From assembly GCF_009914755.1 (NCBI RefSeq), contig NC_060932.1: 64,000 nucleotides of DNA. One strand, written 5' to 3'. Shown here in pieces: positions 34,382 through 47,174 of the stretch (positions within the stretch are counted from its first letter, which is position 1; each line of letters begins with the position of its first letter). Source of the stretch: the human T2T-CHM13v2.0 reference genome, Homo sapiens. The notes beneath the pieces are model-generated. The model did no database searches. It saw nothing but the letters and a program-made list of their open reading frames with translations, and had not been told where the DNA came from. A program made the position numbers and the translations under genes.

Positions 34382-36428
34382 TCTTCTGGGCTCTTTGTTG
34401 GCTTGTATAGAATGTTGGCCAGCACTTTTTTCTTCCTCACCTTCTTTGCCAAAGAAGGGTTGGAGACTATGGGAAATGTTTGCTCTGAGTGCATTTGGCC
34501 TCTGCTGTGACCCTGCTCCTCCATGGGAGACCTGTGCTTATTGCAGCTGAAACTCAACTTGTATTTGCAACATGCCGAAATGCTGTAAATTTTAAGACAT
34601 GAGCGATCATAAAATTCCCAAGGGCTATTGATAGACAAATATGTAATGTACCAGAAATTGAATCCTACAATGTTAGAGTTGTATGGGAACCTGAAAGCCA
34701 TTTTGTTCCTCCTCTCACCTTTAGGAAGGATGTGCTCAAACAGATGCAAATGAGACACATTGTGCTGCAGCGTAGTCAGTTGTGCTCCAGACTATACTTG
34801 GGACCTAGGAATGTTCTGAAAAAGTTGACTGCTCTTTATTTAGGTTTCTTCCCCAGTGTTGTCCTTTCACATGACTTGGCTGTTCTGACTGCCTACCAGT
34901 GTATTTTTCCTGAATTAGGACAATTCATATGTATTTGCCTTATTTCTAGGAATTAAAATATAATTGTAAGCTAGACAATGTACTTATTCAAACTCAGAAT
35001 GTCTAAGCATAAGGAATCAAATTATATTTCTAAAGTGAAAGCACTAAAGCAATTTTTGGATGCCTCTGAATGAAGCCAAAGGTTGATCACTCATGTAGTT
35101 CCGAATTGCCAAACCATTTTCTTACTGGAGAGGAAGTGGGACCTCTCTCAAAGCTTCTTCATTGTCCGACACAAAAGAGCTGTCCCATATGGCTATTTTT
35201 GTCCCTTGCAAATGTTGTAGCAGTTTAGCAATCTATCGACTTGACTTTTTTCCATAAACATGCTGCCTGTTAGATGCATAATTCAAATTCACACACAAAC
35301 GGTGAGATGTTTGCTTAGCAAGAGCTATAATTTAAACGTAACCTCTGTAGAAAGCCATTCAGCAGTGCCTGTGTATAAAGTGCAATTTAGTCTGTAGAAG
35401 CAATCTTCCCCTCTACTGTTCTAATATGTGAGCTTGTTTGCTAAATAATCATTGTAGCGTTTTGCTCAAAGCGGTGGTTTTATGTATTTTTTCCTCGCCA
35501 CTCGTAAATGTTGCCAAGGTAAATGAGAGTTCTTTGGAAACTGTTACTGTCATGTAGTTTTCATTTGAAAATGTCACAATAAAGCAATGTTCTTTGATGC
35601 CAAGAAGCATGGAACATTGGAACATGATAAACATAGTGCCTAAATATAATAAAATAACATACCACAGTGGCTTGCTTCTCGCTTAAAATGAGAGGCTTTT
35701 TGTTGTTGTTATTCTAAAGGGTCCAGTTTGAGGGACAGAGCTGGAAGTAATACGGAATGTATAAGGAGTTACTAAGGTGAGAGTTTAGAGGAAATTATTA
35801 TTATTTGCATCTTGGGCCAAATGGAAAGGAAAAGAAATTTGGAAGAAAAATGTACTCCAAATAGGTGAAATGGAGATTATAGTCCAAAATATGCCATTAA
35901 CACCAAGTTACAAAACTCTTTTCAAGAGCCAGGTAGAGGCACAAAGTCAAAGCAAAGTTTTAAAGGTGTAATTTGAATAGTCAGTGGGGAAAATACAAAT
36001 AGAAAAAAAAAGATAAAAATAAAGAAGAAAGATACAGAGGCAACCAGAAAGGGGAAAGACATTATTTTCTAAGTGCATGTTCGATATCTTTTTCTTGTTC
36101 TGCCTACTACAATGTTAATGAATACCAAGCATAATTTTTTGTGTTAGAGTCCTAAAAAATGTCTAGGCAGTAAAATTTGTTAAATCTCAGTGGTAAATCC
36201 ATTGATGATTGTTACATTATTTTTGCACTTTTGTATTTTAAAATTATGACAATTTCTAAATTATGAGATTGGGAATTCAAGTCCATTAAGGAGATTATAG
36301 AAATGGCAAACAAATGACATCATGAGATAGTAATATGGGAAATTCTAGTTGCATTACTTTCATATATTTGAAGGCATAATTATAATGGAAGTGATCTGTT
36401 TTATTCTCATTCTTCAAAAGCTTATTGA

Positions 36429-36553
36429 AGTTGGGTGTGGTGGTGCAGGCCTGCAGTCCAAGCTATTCAGATGAGATTCAGGAGGTTCGCTTGAGCCCAG
36501 GAGTTTGAGGTAAGCCTGGGCAACATAGTGAGACCCTGTCTCTGATTAAAAAA
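36429..36553 (+). mobile_element. FLAM (free left Alu monomer) inserted in an L2 3' end
   Basis: Monomer ending gagaccctgtctc plus A-tail; TSD aaaag(c/t)ttattga at 36416-36428 and 36554-36566; flanks resemble a reverse L2 tail. Confidence 0.85.
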
Positions 36554-37096
36554 AAAAGTTTATTGAGTGATTACTATATGCCAATCACCATGGTGGGCAT
36601 GAAGCATTTAAAAATGAAAGATTTTGCTTCTCGCTGTGGAGGACCCAATATCCTGCAACATTATTATGGTATGTTTCAGGGGGGCCCAGGAGGCCTTATT
36701 TTCCTCCCGAATACTTCCATGTCTAATGTGTTTAAACTTATTAAGACACAACTTTTCTCCTTATCATTTGTCATCATTTCATGAACTCCAAAAAAATTAA
36801 TCTTTTTCAATTATAGTGCATCTTGCTTCTGACTACTCACCTTGGACAAAAGTTATTCATCATCATGCCCTGTGATTGCTTCCAAGCACCAATTGCCACT
36901 ATAGGAAGCTTTCAACCTTTAAGAAATTTTGAAGAAATGGGCCTACTGCTCTCAACCCAATTTTAAAGCAAAAAATTTTTAAGCAATGACAACGTTTCTA
37001 GAATAAATACATTCATAATCACCACTTTGAAGAGAAAAAAATTCCTTTAGGTGCCGATGTTCTGATGTGTTTCCCTTTTAAAAAAAGTTTCTTTTC

Positions 37097-37542
37097 CACA
37101 TGCACACGTATGTTTATTGCAGCACTATTTATAATAGCAAAGACTTGGAACCAACCCAAATGCCCATCAATGATAGACTGGATAAAGAAAATGTGGCACA
37201 TATACTCCATGGAATACTATGCAGCCATAGAAAGGAATGAGTTCATGTTCTTTGCAGGGATATGGATGAAGCTGGAAACCATCATCCTCAGAAAACTAAC
37301 ACAGGAACAGAAAACCAAACACTGCATGTTCTCACTTCATAAGTGGGAGTTGGACAATGAGAAGACATGGACACAGGAGGGGAACATCACACACTGGGCC
37401 CTGCTAGGGGGTGGGGGGAAAGGTGAGGGAAAGCATTAGGATAAATACCTAATACATGCGGGGCTTAAAATCTAGAGGGCGGGTTGATAGGTGCAGCAAA
37501 CCACCATAGCACATGAATACCTATGTAACAAACCTGCACATG
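37097..37542 (+). mobile_element. L1PA (L1PA7/8-like) 3' fragment lacking a poly(A) tail
   Basis: ORF 37065-37439 TCTRMFIAALF...WIKKMWHIY; 3'UTR stops at aacctgcacatg. Confidence 0.9.
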
Positions 37543-37588
37543 AAAGTTCACCTACCTATGGCGATTATCCCTGGTTACCATTTAGCTG

Positions 37589-37950
37589 TGTCTTAGTCTG
37601 TTTGGTCTGCTATAATAAAATACCATAAACTGTGTGGCTTATAAGCAATGGAAATGTGTTTCTCATGGTTCTGGAGACTGAGAAGTCCAAGATTCATGGA
37701 GCCAGCAGATTCAGTTTCTGGTGAGGGCCTGCTTCTTAGTTGGTAGACATCTGTTCACTGCATTCTCACATGGTGGAAGGGGCAAGGCAATACTCTGGGG
37801 TCTCTTTTATAAGGGCACTAGACCCATTCATGAGGGCAGGCCCTCATGACCTAATCACCTCCCTAAGTCCTCACCTCCCAATGCTTTCACAGTGGGGATT
37901 AGGTTTCAACATGTGATTTTTGGGAGGACACAAACATTCAGACCATAGCA
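37589..37950 (-). mobile_element. MLT1A0-like MaLR solo LTR
   Basis: TGTCTTAGTCTGTTTGG...cattcagaccatagCA; perfect TSD agctg. Confidence 0.92.
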
Positions 37951-38190
37951 AGCTGTTGCTGGACACACAGAGCTTCACCTAAAAATTCAAAGGTTGTCTT
38001 GGGGGATAATAGGCACTCTTGTGTGGTGGCATTACCTTTTGGAATTCCCAGGGTGGTCTTGCTCACCACTCTTCATTTCCAGCTTCCTTCTCCCAAGTGA
38101 GTTAGGCCGTTGCTCCAGGCCTCCTGATGGTCCGTTCCCATTGCAGCACTTTCCTGGTCAACTTCCTTTTCATTCAAGTTGCTCTCGCTG

Positions 38191-38560
38191 TGATATGGTT
38201 TGGCTGTGTCCCCACCCAAATCTCATCTTGAACTGTAGTTCCCATAATCCCCACATGTCATAGGAGGGAACCAGTGGGAGGTAATTGAATCATGGGGGCA
38301 AGTACTTCTGTGCTGTTCTTGTGATAGTAAGTGAATTCTCATGAGATTTGATAGTTTTATAAGGGGATTTGCCCCCTTTTGCTGGGCACTTCCCCTTGAT
38401 GCCACCATGTAAAGAAGGTTGTTTGCTTCCCTTTCTGCCATGAATGTAAGTTTGGTGAGGCCTCCCCAGCCATACTGAACTGTGAGTCAAACCTCTTTGC
38501 TTTTTAAGATACCCAGTCTCAGGTCTGTCTTCATTAGCAGTGTGAGAACAGACTAATACA
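38191..38560 (+). mobile_element. THE1C MaLR solo LTR
   Basis: TGATATGGTTTGGCTGTG...gaacagactaatACA; TSD cgctg/ccctg. Confidence 0.92.
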
Positions 38561-39048
38561 CCCTGGCTAAGGACTCTAACCTGACTCTGACATTGTTGCC
38601 CTGGGCTTTTGAAGCTGTATCCCAGCTGATTCCTAGAAACTAATTCTCCCAAGGATATTGGTGCTTCTCAGGAATGAGAATGGAATTTTGCCCCAGCACT
38701 TGGAAATGCTTTCACAGGAGCAGTAAATGTCTCTCTTGTATAAATAAAATTGCCTGGGCTTTGCACTGCTCTCGGCTCATTTCCATTTTGCCTCCTCTGT
38801 GACTAGCTCCTCCTTATTCTCAGAGTATCCTAGGGACGGCATTTTGTCGTAGCATACTATTATTTTCTCTGAAGGAGGGTACATCAGAAAAGGGTTACTT
38901 TGAGTCACAAAGTATACACAAAAACTCCAGTTACCTAAAATACTCTTGGAATGGGATTTTCTCATTAGTAGAAATTTCTACTTAGAGTAAGACAAATTTA
39001 TGTCTATTATTATCAAAATATAAAGCAATCTTCAGTAGTAATGTAGTT

Positions 39049-39312
39049 AATAATAGCAAACATTTACCAGGCATCTACTATATGCTAGGCGCTGTCATTA
39101 CACTTACTCCCAATCTCATTGAAGTCTACCAACAACTTTAAGAGGCAGAATGGTAATTAATCCCACTTTATTGATGAGAAAACTGAGTCACATAAAGGTT
39201 AAATTACTCATCCAATGTGACATAGTTAATAAATTAGTAAGAGGCAAAGTAGGGATTTGGACCCAGGAATGTTACACGTGAGAACCCAGGCTTTAGGTTT
39301 ATGATATTACCT
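39049..39312 (-). mobile_element. MIR SINE
   Basis: cccactttattgatgagaaaactgagtcacataaaggttaa...gggatttggacccagg. Confidence 0.85.
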
Positions 39313-40049
39313 CCACACAGACAATAGGCAGTCTCAAAACTTCTGAGATGAGTTTGTGTTTGTAAGAGTTTACTTTTCAAGGATACCCTCCTCTTTTCAT
39401 GTTAACACTCTCAAACCGCTCCTTATATACCCTGTTATACAAATCTCACTCCTTTGAGGTCCTTGTTATTCAACTAAACTGTCATCCCTCTCTAGTGACT
39501 GTCTAGTCCCTCTCCTTCACCATCCCAAAGGGAATAAATCCAAGTGAGTAAGTTATCTCCTGTCAGATCCTTAGTCTTCTTGTTTCCAGTGAGAGTTGGA
39601 GTACATTTTGCAGTCTACTTTGCAGTCAGATGAGACCCAGTGACTGGGTTCTGTTCAGTTGCACTCAGGCCATGATGATGTAATGTTGCCTCCAAGCCAG
39701 GGCTGGAAAATCACCCAAACACTCCTTCTAGGTCTCTTTCTTTGTTCTTTGGCTGGCCTCATGCCATGGGCAGTGGTCACTAGGGGATGGTTTACCCAGG
39801 CTCTGCACTCACTGTCTCCCTTCCATCACGAGGTCTTTGTATGCTCTCCTCCTCAAAAACTCCCTTCTTCCCTCTTCATCCAGGTGAAAGCTGTTCTCTC
39901 TTTGGCCTACAGCTTCCTCAAGAACACCCTTCCTATCCTGCTAATTAGGTCACATTAACCAGTATGAGTTATCAGAGCACCATGAGCCTCTCCTTCTTAG
40001 CTGTTACAGTAGTAGATGATCCTTTAATTGTACAGTTTTACTTTAAATG

Positions 40050-40173
40050 CCCAAAGGGTTTGCTTCTTTCTATTTTGTCCACCATTAAATCTCTGACATC
40101 TAGTACAGTGTCTGATACAGAGCAGGTACTAGTTATGTATTGAATGAATGAATGGAGGAATAAGTGAATAAAT
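40050..40173 (+). mobile_element. L2 3' end
   Basis: tctagtacagtgtctgatacagagcaggtact...ttgaatgaatgaatg. Confidence 0.75.
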
Positions 40174-40183
40174 ACAAAATTTT

Positions 40184-40497
<314 letters not shown>

Positions 40498-41616
40498 ACA
40501 AAATTTTATTATTATATATTCTCCTATTTCCTGAAAAGGAGGCACACAGATATATTTTCTCCCGCAATTAAAAATATGGATAAGACAGAATTTTGTATGG
40601 TTCCCCTCTTGGGATCTTAGTTTTATGTGAATTATTTTGCAATGTTTACTCTTAATTTTTCTAAAGTTTTCTTTTCTACTAAACTAGAATGTATAGTTAT
40701 AAGTTTGGTATCACAGGGATTTCAAACACAGCAGGGTTGTGTTTTTGAAATTTTTTTTGTTCACTGCTACCTCTTTCAGTGTATCTTAGTTCTCCAGAGT
40801 CCATGAAATTGTAGAGAAAAAGGGAAGTTATTTACACTGGTTTATTGCAATTTTTTTTAGTTTTTTCAGTGGAATAAACAGTAGTTGCCAGGATGCTTTA
40901 TTCCTGAAACTAGCCTGACAAAGTGTGAAATTTCATGCTCATATACAAGTTCTTCATAATGATTTTTGTAATTTACATTCTTTTTTGTCTAAGACTTCAG
41001 GCTTTTAGCTTTTTGCTGCAAAATTCTGAGTTCTTAAAGAGTTGTTAGTTTCTGCTTGTGATGTTAATTCCTAAAAAAAAAAAAAAGAAAGAAAGAGAGA
41101 AAAGGCAGTTTCTTTAGAACTGGCCACTTGATTAGTGAGAAAAGTACAAAGGTGGTAATCATTATGAGTAAGACTCAATGATTGTATGAGCCTATAAATG
41201 TGAAGTTGATGATTGCACAGACATACGTAGAATTAATGGCCCTGATAATATAGAGGGACTTGAGCATTCCTGATTCAGTATATTTCCTTCCTATTCTTTC
41301 GTTTGGAATCCTGAATTGCAATAAACTGTCTTGAAGGTATTTCCCAGTTCTGTGATTCTAACCTGCACAGGTGAGCACTAGCTATACATTAGGATATGAA
41401 AGTAGATTAAATTTGTAACCCTGTGAAGCCTTATCTAGTAACTCTAAAAGCACTTACGTTTCCTTCTGTTCTTCTTCTATTCAATTTCTATCACCCACCC
41501 TTTTTTTGGCCCTGTCATCAGGAGCCATACAAGCACCTTGTTGTTCCTAGTCTCATCTTTTTCCCCACCCATTAACTCTTTAGGATCCTAACTTGATTCC
41601 AAGGTATTAAGAAAAT

Positions 41617-41628
41617 ACACACACACAT

Positions 41629-41667
<39 letters not shown>

Positions 41668-41676
41668 TATATATAT
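41617..41676. repeat. (CA)n/(TA)n microsatellite
   Basis: Long CA run at the tail end of the L1MA. Confidence 0.95.
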
Positions 41677-42384
41677 GTTTTTAATTTTTGTACACAGTAG
41701 GGGTATATGTTTGTGGGATACATAAACTATTTTGATACAGGCATAGAGTGTATAATAATCACATCAGGATAAATAGAGTATCTATCACCTCAAGCATTTA
41801 TCCTTTCTTTGTTTCACAATCCAATTATATTCTTTTAGTTATTTTAAAATGTACAATAAATTATTGTTGACTGTAGTCATCCTGTTGTGCAAATACTAGA
41901 TCATACTTATTTTATCTAATTATATTTTTGTATCCATTAACCATCCACACTTCACTCCCCCCAACCCTTCCCAGCCTCTGGTAACCATCCTTCTACTCTC
42001 TATCTTCATGAATGCAATTGTTTTAATTTTTAGCTCCCACAAATAAGCAAGAACATGTGAGGTTTGTCTTTCTGTATCTGGCTTATTTCACTTAACATAT
42101 GACCTTCAGTTTCATCCATGTTGTTGCAAATAACAGGATATCATTCTTTTTATGGCTGAATATACTCCATCATATATGTGTACCACATTTTCTTTACCTA
42201 TTCATCTGTCTATGAACACTTATGTTGCTTTCAAATCTTGGCTATTGTGAGTAGTGCTGCAATAAACATTGGAGTGCAGATTTTTACTGATTTCATACTG
42301 AAATCAATGTACTGATTTCCTTTCTTTTGGTTATATACCTAGCAGTGGGATTGCCGGATCATATGATAGCTCTATTTTTAGTAT
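41677..42384 (-). mobile_element. L1MA (L1MA2/3-like) 3' end
   Basis: ttttgatacaggcat...aatcacatcagg...catttatcctt...aaattattgttgactgtagtc; ORF2 end ggatcatatgatagctct. Confidence 0.88.
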
Positions 42385-42489
42385 CTAGAAGAACCCCCAA
42401 AATACTAAAAATACAGCTACCATATGATCCAGCAAAAAGGAACATTTAAAAATTTTTAAAAATGTTCCTTTTCACAAAAAAACCCACCA

Positions 42490-42600
42490 TGCTATTTGCA
42501 AATAAGGAAACTGGGGCCCAAAGAGGTAACGTCAATTGTCCAGTTATAGAATCATTTAGTGAAAGAGCCAAGTATATATGACCAGCTCTTAACTCTTAGC
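42490..42600 (-). mobile_element. MIR fragment
   Basis: tttgcaaataaggaaactggggcccaaagaggtaa. Confidence 0.6.
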
Positions 42601-43039
42601 TTGATATGTTTTCTAGTACATTATCTTAATTATTTCCATTGGGCTAACAGTTATCTTAGCCTCACAATTAGTAATGGAAACCAAATCAGCCTTGGGCAGA
42701 GGAATTACCTATGTTACTTTAGAATTAAAATATCTCTTCTAAATTGTAGTAAATAATTAAAAAGTTATTTTTCTTGTGTAAATAAAAAGGAAAAAACTTG
42801 GGAAATTGGGAGAACAATACAATATAGTCCAAAGGACAGGGGAGAGAAAAATAAAAAGGGCATGGAGAATGTGGAAGTGATGTTTCCTGAGAGGAGCAGG
42901 GAGGAAGTTGGAAGGTGAGAAATAGATAAATTTCTGACCCTGTGAAACTCATAGTCTGTCAGACAAGACATGATGTGAGATAACTTGGATTTTAGTGAAT
43001 TATTTTCTTCTAAAAGAACAGTTTTAAAAAACAAATACT

Positions 43040-43215
43040 CCATAAATGTTACTGATATGCAGGAAGCAGCACTAAAGTACTGGCAAAATTATCTTGCTCA
43101 GTCCTTCCTACATTCACCTGAGAGGTAGATGCTGTTTAATCCCTATTTTACCTATGAGAAAACTGTGGCTGAAAAAGTTTTAGAGACCTGTTCAAGGTCA
43201 CATCACTAATAAAGA
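43040..43215 (-). mobile_element. MIR fragment
   Basis: ccctattttacctatgagaaaactgtggctga...gttcaaggtcaca. Confidence 0.7.
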
Positions 43216-43619
43216 TTTAAAGATTATCTGAATTTCTTTCTGGTCTTTTAAACATGATCCAACACAGGCAAAGATTCATTGACCTCTCAATCTCAAAGGT
43301 AGTTTGCAGTGCTGTAAATTTTTATCATCACAGATAACCCTATTGCATCAATTAGAATTCACAAGATCATGTAGCCATACTTAGTAATTCTCCAAGGTAT
43401 CATTATTCTTCATTGTACAAATTGAGTTCTTACTGTGAGCTAGGCATGCACGGTGCATTGGGAAATCAAAGACAAATAACACATAGTCTCGTAGGAAAGA
43501 GAAAGCTGAATTCAAGTTATCAGCACACAGTATACTAAACACAGTGATGGAAAAACCTCAGAGACACCTGTGAGAAACCATGTGATGAAATCTCTGCTGA
43601 GTTGGGAGGCTATGAAGAG

Positions 43620-44011
43620 AATATCAGTTTTCTGGGGCTACCATAAAAATAAAATACCACAGTCTGAGTGGCTTCAACAACAGAAATGTATTTTCTTACT
43701 GTTCTGGGGGCTGGAAGTCCAAGATCAAGCTATGGGCATGGTTGGCTTCTTCTGAGGTTTCTCTCTTTGGCTTGCAGATGGCCACCTTCTTGCTGTGTCT
43801 TAGCATGGCCTTTTCTCTGTGTGGGTGCACCCCTGGTATCTCCCCTGTGTCCTGATATTTTCTTACAAGGACACCAGCCATACTGAATTAGGGCCCACCC
43901 TACTAGCTCACATTAACTTAATTACCCCTTTAAAGGCCTTATCTTCAAATACCATCACATTCTGAGGTATGGGGATTGGGACTTCAGCGTAGGAATTTCA
44001 GGTCTGTAACA
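43620..44011 (-). mobile_element. MLT1B-like MaLR LTR
   Basis: aaaataccacagtctgagtggcttcaacaacagaaat...ggctggaagtccaagatcaag...cacattctgaggta. Confidence 0.85.
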
Positions 44012-44100
44012 AAGGCCAGCTGAGATGTTAAAGGAATTACATGGCTCTTGGAGTTGTGTACTAGGAGAAGCAGGCCTCCTGACCTACCCCCTGCTCAGAG

Positions 44101-44287
44101 CAGTTCTTTTCTCATATGAGCATTCAGAGAATCTCTTGGAGGCCTCATGAAAACAGATTGCTGATTAGTTTCTGATTCAGCAATCTAGCTTGGTCCAGGG
44201 TAGGGGCTGATAAATTGCATTTCAAAGAAGTTCCCTGGTGCTGCTGTTGCTGTTGCTAATCTGGCGATCACACTTCCAGAGTCACTG
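44101..44287. mobile_element. MER5A hAT MITE
   Basis: CAGT...aaaacagattgctg...tttctgattcag...ttgcatttc...cacacttccagagtcACTG. Confidence 0.72.
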
Positions 44288-45296
44288 CTTTAGAACACAA
44301 CCTCTGATCCAGCCCATACCAGAGACCCTGCTGACCCCTGGAGGGTGTTGGAGCAAATTCTGGAATGAGCTTTGCAAGGACTGGCCTGGCATTTTCTCTT
44401 TTTTTAGGCTGGTTGTAGAAGCTCTTTTTTTTTTTTTTTTTTTTTTCTGACTGCCATCTTTAAAAAGCTCATTTTGTTCACTGGAGATAAATATTGCCAC
44501 TGCTTCTGCCTCTCCCCACCTCCTTTCCCTGCTATTTTTCTGAGCTGTTTGCTTCAGATAGGCTCGTCATCTGTCTGAATTGTGGCTATGTATTCCCCTC
44601 ATAGCATGGTGATTTCTGGCCATGCAGAAGACAGTAGCTCTGGGATTTGTTGTAGTTAGGCATGTTTTATATTTCCTTAATATGACTAGTTGCCTGTGTC
44701 CTGAACTCTGTGTATGTGTATGGAGTAAGGCGGAAGAAGCAGGTTTGTCTTATTTAGTGAGTTTTTCATCATGGGACTCCAGCATATATTTACCCTTAAA
44801 GAATGCTTGTTGAGGGTTGTAGCCTTTCAATGCTGTCTTGAAGCTGGGTAGTTACAATTTAATGCTAACTACGACCAATAATCATAAAATTAAAAAACAA
44901 AGAAATTACGATTATAACATTCTGTTCTCCAGGCACTAAGTTGGCTACAAAGGCATTCATTATCATTATGGATATTAGTGTTAAGTGGGCGCATTCATAT
45001 TTTATTTTGTATTATCACAGTTGAATGATCATAAACACTAGCAGGAAGAGAACTGAGAATGTAAGGCATCTTTTATTCATTACTCTTTTGCCTGTATGTC
45101 CACTTATGTGATGTGCACATGGGTCAAATCAGTCATTTCAGCCAGCTCCGTGATCCGTTTGGATCTCTCCATGATCAATCTGGCCCAGACAGTTGGTAGC
45201 AGAGAGGGGGACAAAGGAAATAAAGGATCCACAGTAGCTTGTTCAAATGCCTGCTGGAGAGACATCACTTCTGTCTGCCTTACAAGCTTTGTTTCA

Positions 45297-45496
45297 GAGT
45301 GTCACATAACAGAACTGACACTGTGTGTGTGTGTTTGTGTGTTAACTACATATGTCTGTGACAGTGAACAGCATAAAGTCAAAAAGATTACACAAATGAG
45401 TGTCACATAACAGAACTGACACTGTGTGTGTGTTTGTGTGTTAACTACATATGTCTGTGACAGTGAACAGCATAAACTCAAAGAGATTACACAAAT
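45297..45496. repeat. Tandem duplication of a ~100 bp unique unit
   Basis: Copy 1 45297-45397 and copy 2 45398-45496 differ by one GT unit and two substitutions. Confidence 0.95.
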
Positions 45497-45634
45497 GTTT
45501 AGAGCAGGTACAAGAGCAAAAGAAACAAGTGAAAAGGGAATCATTTCTTTTCTCATTAACCCTTCATTGGTCTGGGTTGTTGAGATGCCAATCTTCCAAA
45601 AATGTAAGTCCTTCTTGAAATGATTATGCTGATC

Positions 45635-45965
45635 ATCCATTCACTCAGCGCACATTTACTAAGTGCCTCTATGTGTCAGACATTTGTATTAGCAGCTGTG
45701 AACAGAGCAGTCAATAACACAGACATAGTCCCTCTTCTCATGGAGCTTCCTATATACTGAAAGAGATAAGTAATGCACAGACAAATAAACAATGGAATAA
45801 TGGCAGAGTCTTGGGAAATAAACGGATGATGTGTTAGAAGGGGTGGTTAGGGAAGTTTGTATGGGAAGTTGACTTTTAAGCTGAGACAGGAGAGATGAGA
45901 AAGATCTATACTTGCAAGGGGAAGAGAGCCATGTGGGCAGAGAGGATCACATGTGGGAAAACCTT
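45635..45965 (-). mobile_element. L2 3' region
   Basis: catttactaagtgcctctatgtgtcagac...gtccctcttctcatggagctt...tttaagctgagac. Confidence 0.78.
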
Positions 45966-47174
45966 CAATTACAGATATCATAATCAGATTGTCTCCTAAG
46001 ATCTATGTGATTGAAGGAATGTGTGTTTTCAATGATGAGTAAAAGTCAAAGGTAATTTTGGATATAAGTTAGCATTAGGTGAAGCAGAATTTGGTGGGCA
46101 GTTGGTGGCCACTGGAAAGCCATAGCCAGGGGGAGGAATAAACGAAGTGTGGCAAAGACACATTTCTCTATTTAGCAATTCTGTGTAAAATATTTTAATG
46201 CCAATAGGAGGCTGTGTGCTACAGAAAATTTGCCCCAGAACAGCATCCTCGGAGAAAGGGCAGCATTCCTTAACTCTTGGCCTCTTCACATTTGTCTGGC
46301 TAAGTGTGATGGCATACTCATGGAGACAGGTGTTGTCTCACCTGCTTGCCTGAGCTGTGAGCACGGTGGGCTAGGTTCCATCTGTATAAATAATCTAGGC
46401 CTATTTAGAATTGTCCATAAGCTCTGCACTGCACCTGCACTGGCTGTTCAGCAAAAGACAGGAGTCCGGTCTTGTACTCTATATTAGGCTCAATGCAGCA
46501 AAACCACCCAGTTGAAGAGTGAAAAATTTATTCAATCAACCCATTGTTTAGTGTTCAAAACATTTTAACAGTTTGGGCATTTAACTAAATTGGCCATAAT
46601 TTGAATGGGCATCAAAACTGTTAAAACTAGCCAAAGTGAAATGGAGGATCAAGACAATTATTGTGGTCTAATCATTCATTCAACAAGTAATGAAAGCCTA
46701 ACACATGAAATTGAACCCATTTCATGAACCTGGGGGAGGGAGAGTTTTGAGAGTCAGAAATGCTGTCATACAGTTGAGTCTGCTTGACTAGGGGAAACTC
46801 ATCCCAGACTTAATCACATTCCTTTGTCACCTTAGAGATGGAGTTTGCAAAGGCATCACCATATATGCCCACAGCAAAGATTCAATTAAAGCCTGATTTT
46901 TAAGTGTTTTTCAAAAAGTATTAATAATATCTACTATTTATTAAGATAAGTGGAATTTTGCAAACTAGTTAGGAAGCTGTCTAGACAGACAAAAATATAT
47001 TTTGGGTCTTGAGGTTGGGGAAAAGTTTAGTATGTTCAAAAATGGTTATTCTTTCTCTATGCTATTACACAGGACCAGTGGGAAAGAATGATGAGAAAGC
47101 AAAGGTAGTTGGAGCAAGTTTACAAAGATGTTTACAAACACCATTGCTGAGAAGCATGAACTTATTTTTTAGGC

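Noticed and set aside
34058-34758. 150-aa and 162-aa ORFs
   Set aside because: Largely translations of the AluJ and its internal duplication.
45297-45496. CRISPR-like or repeat-spacer array
   Set aside because: Only two abutting copies with no spacers, in a eukaryotic context.
46320-46420. Paired E-boxes and MEF2-like sites as a muscle enhancer
   Set aside because: CTATTTAG is not a full MEF2 site, and two E-boxes are insufficient evidence.
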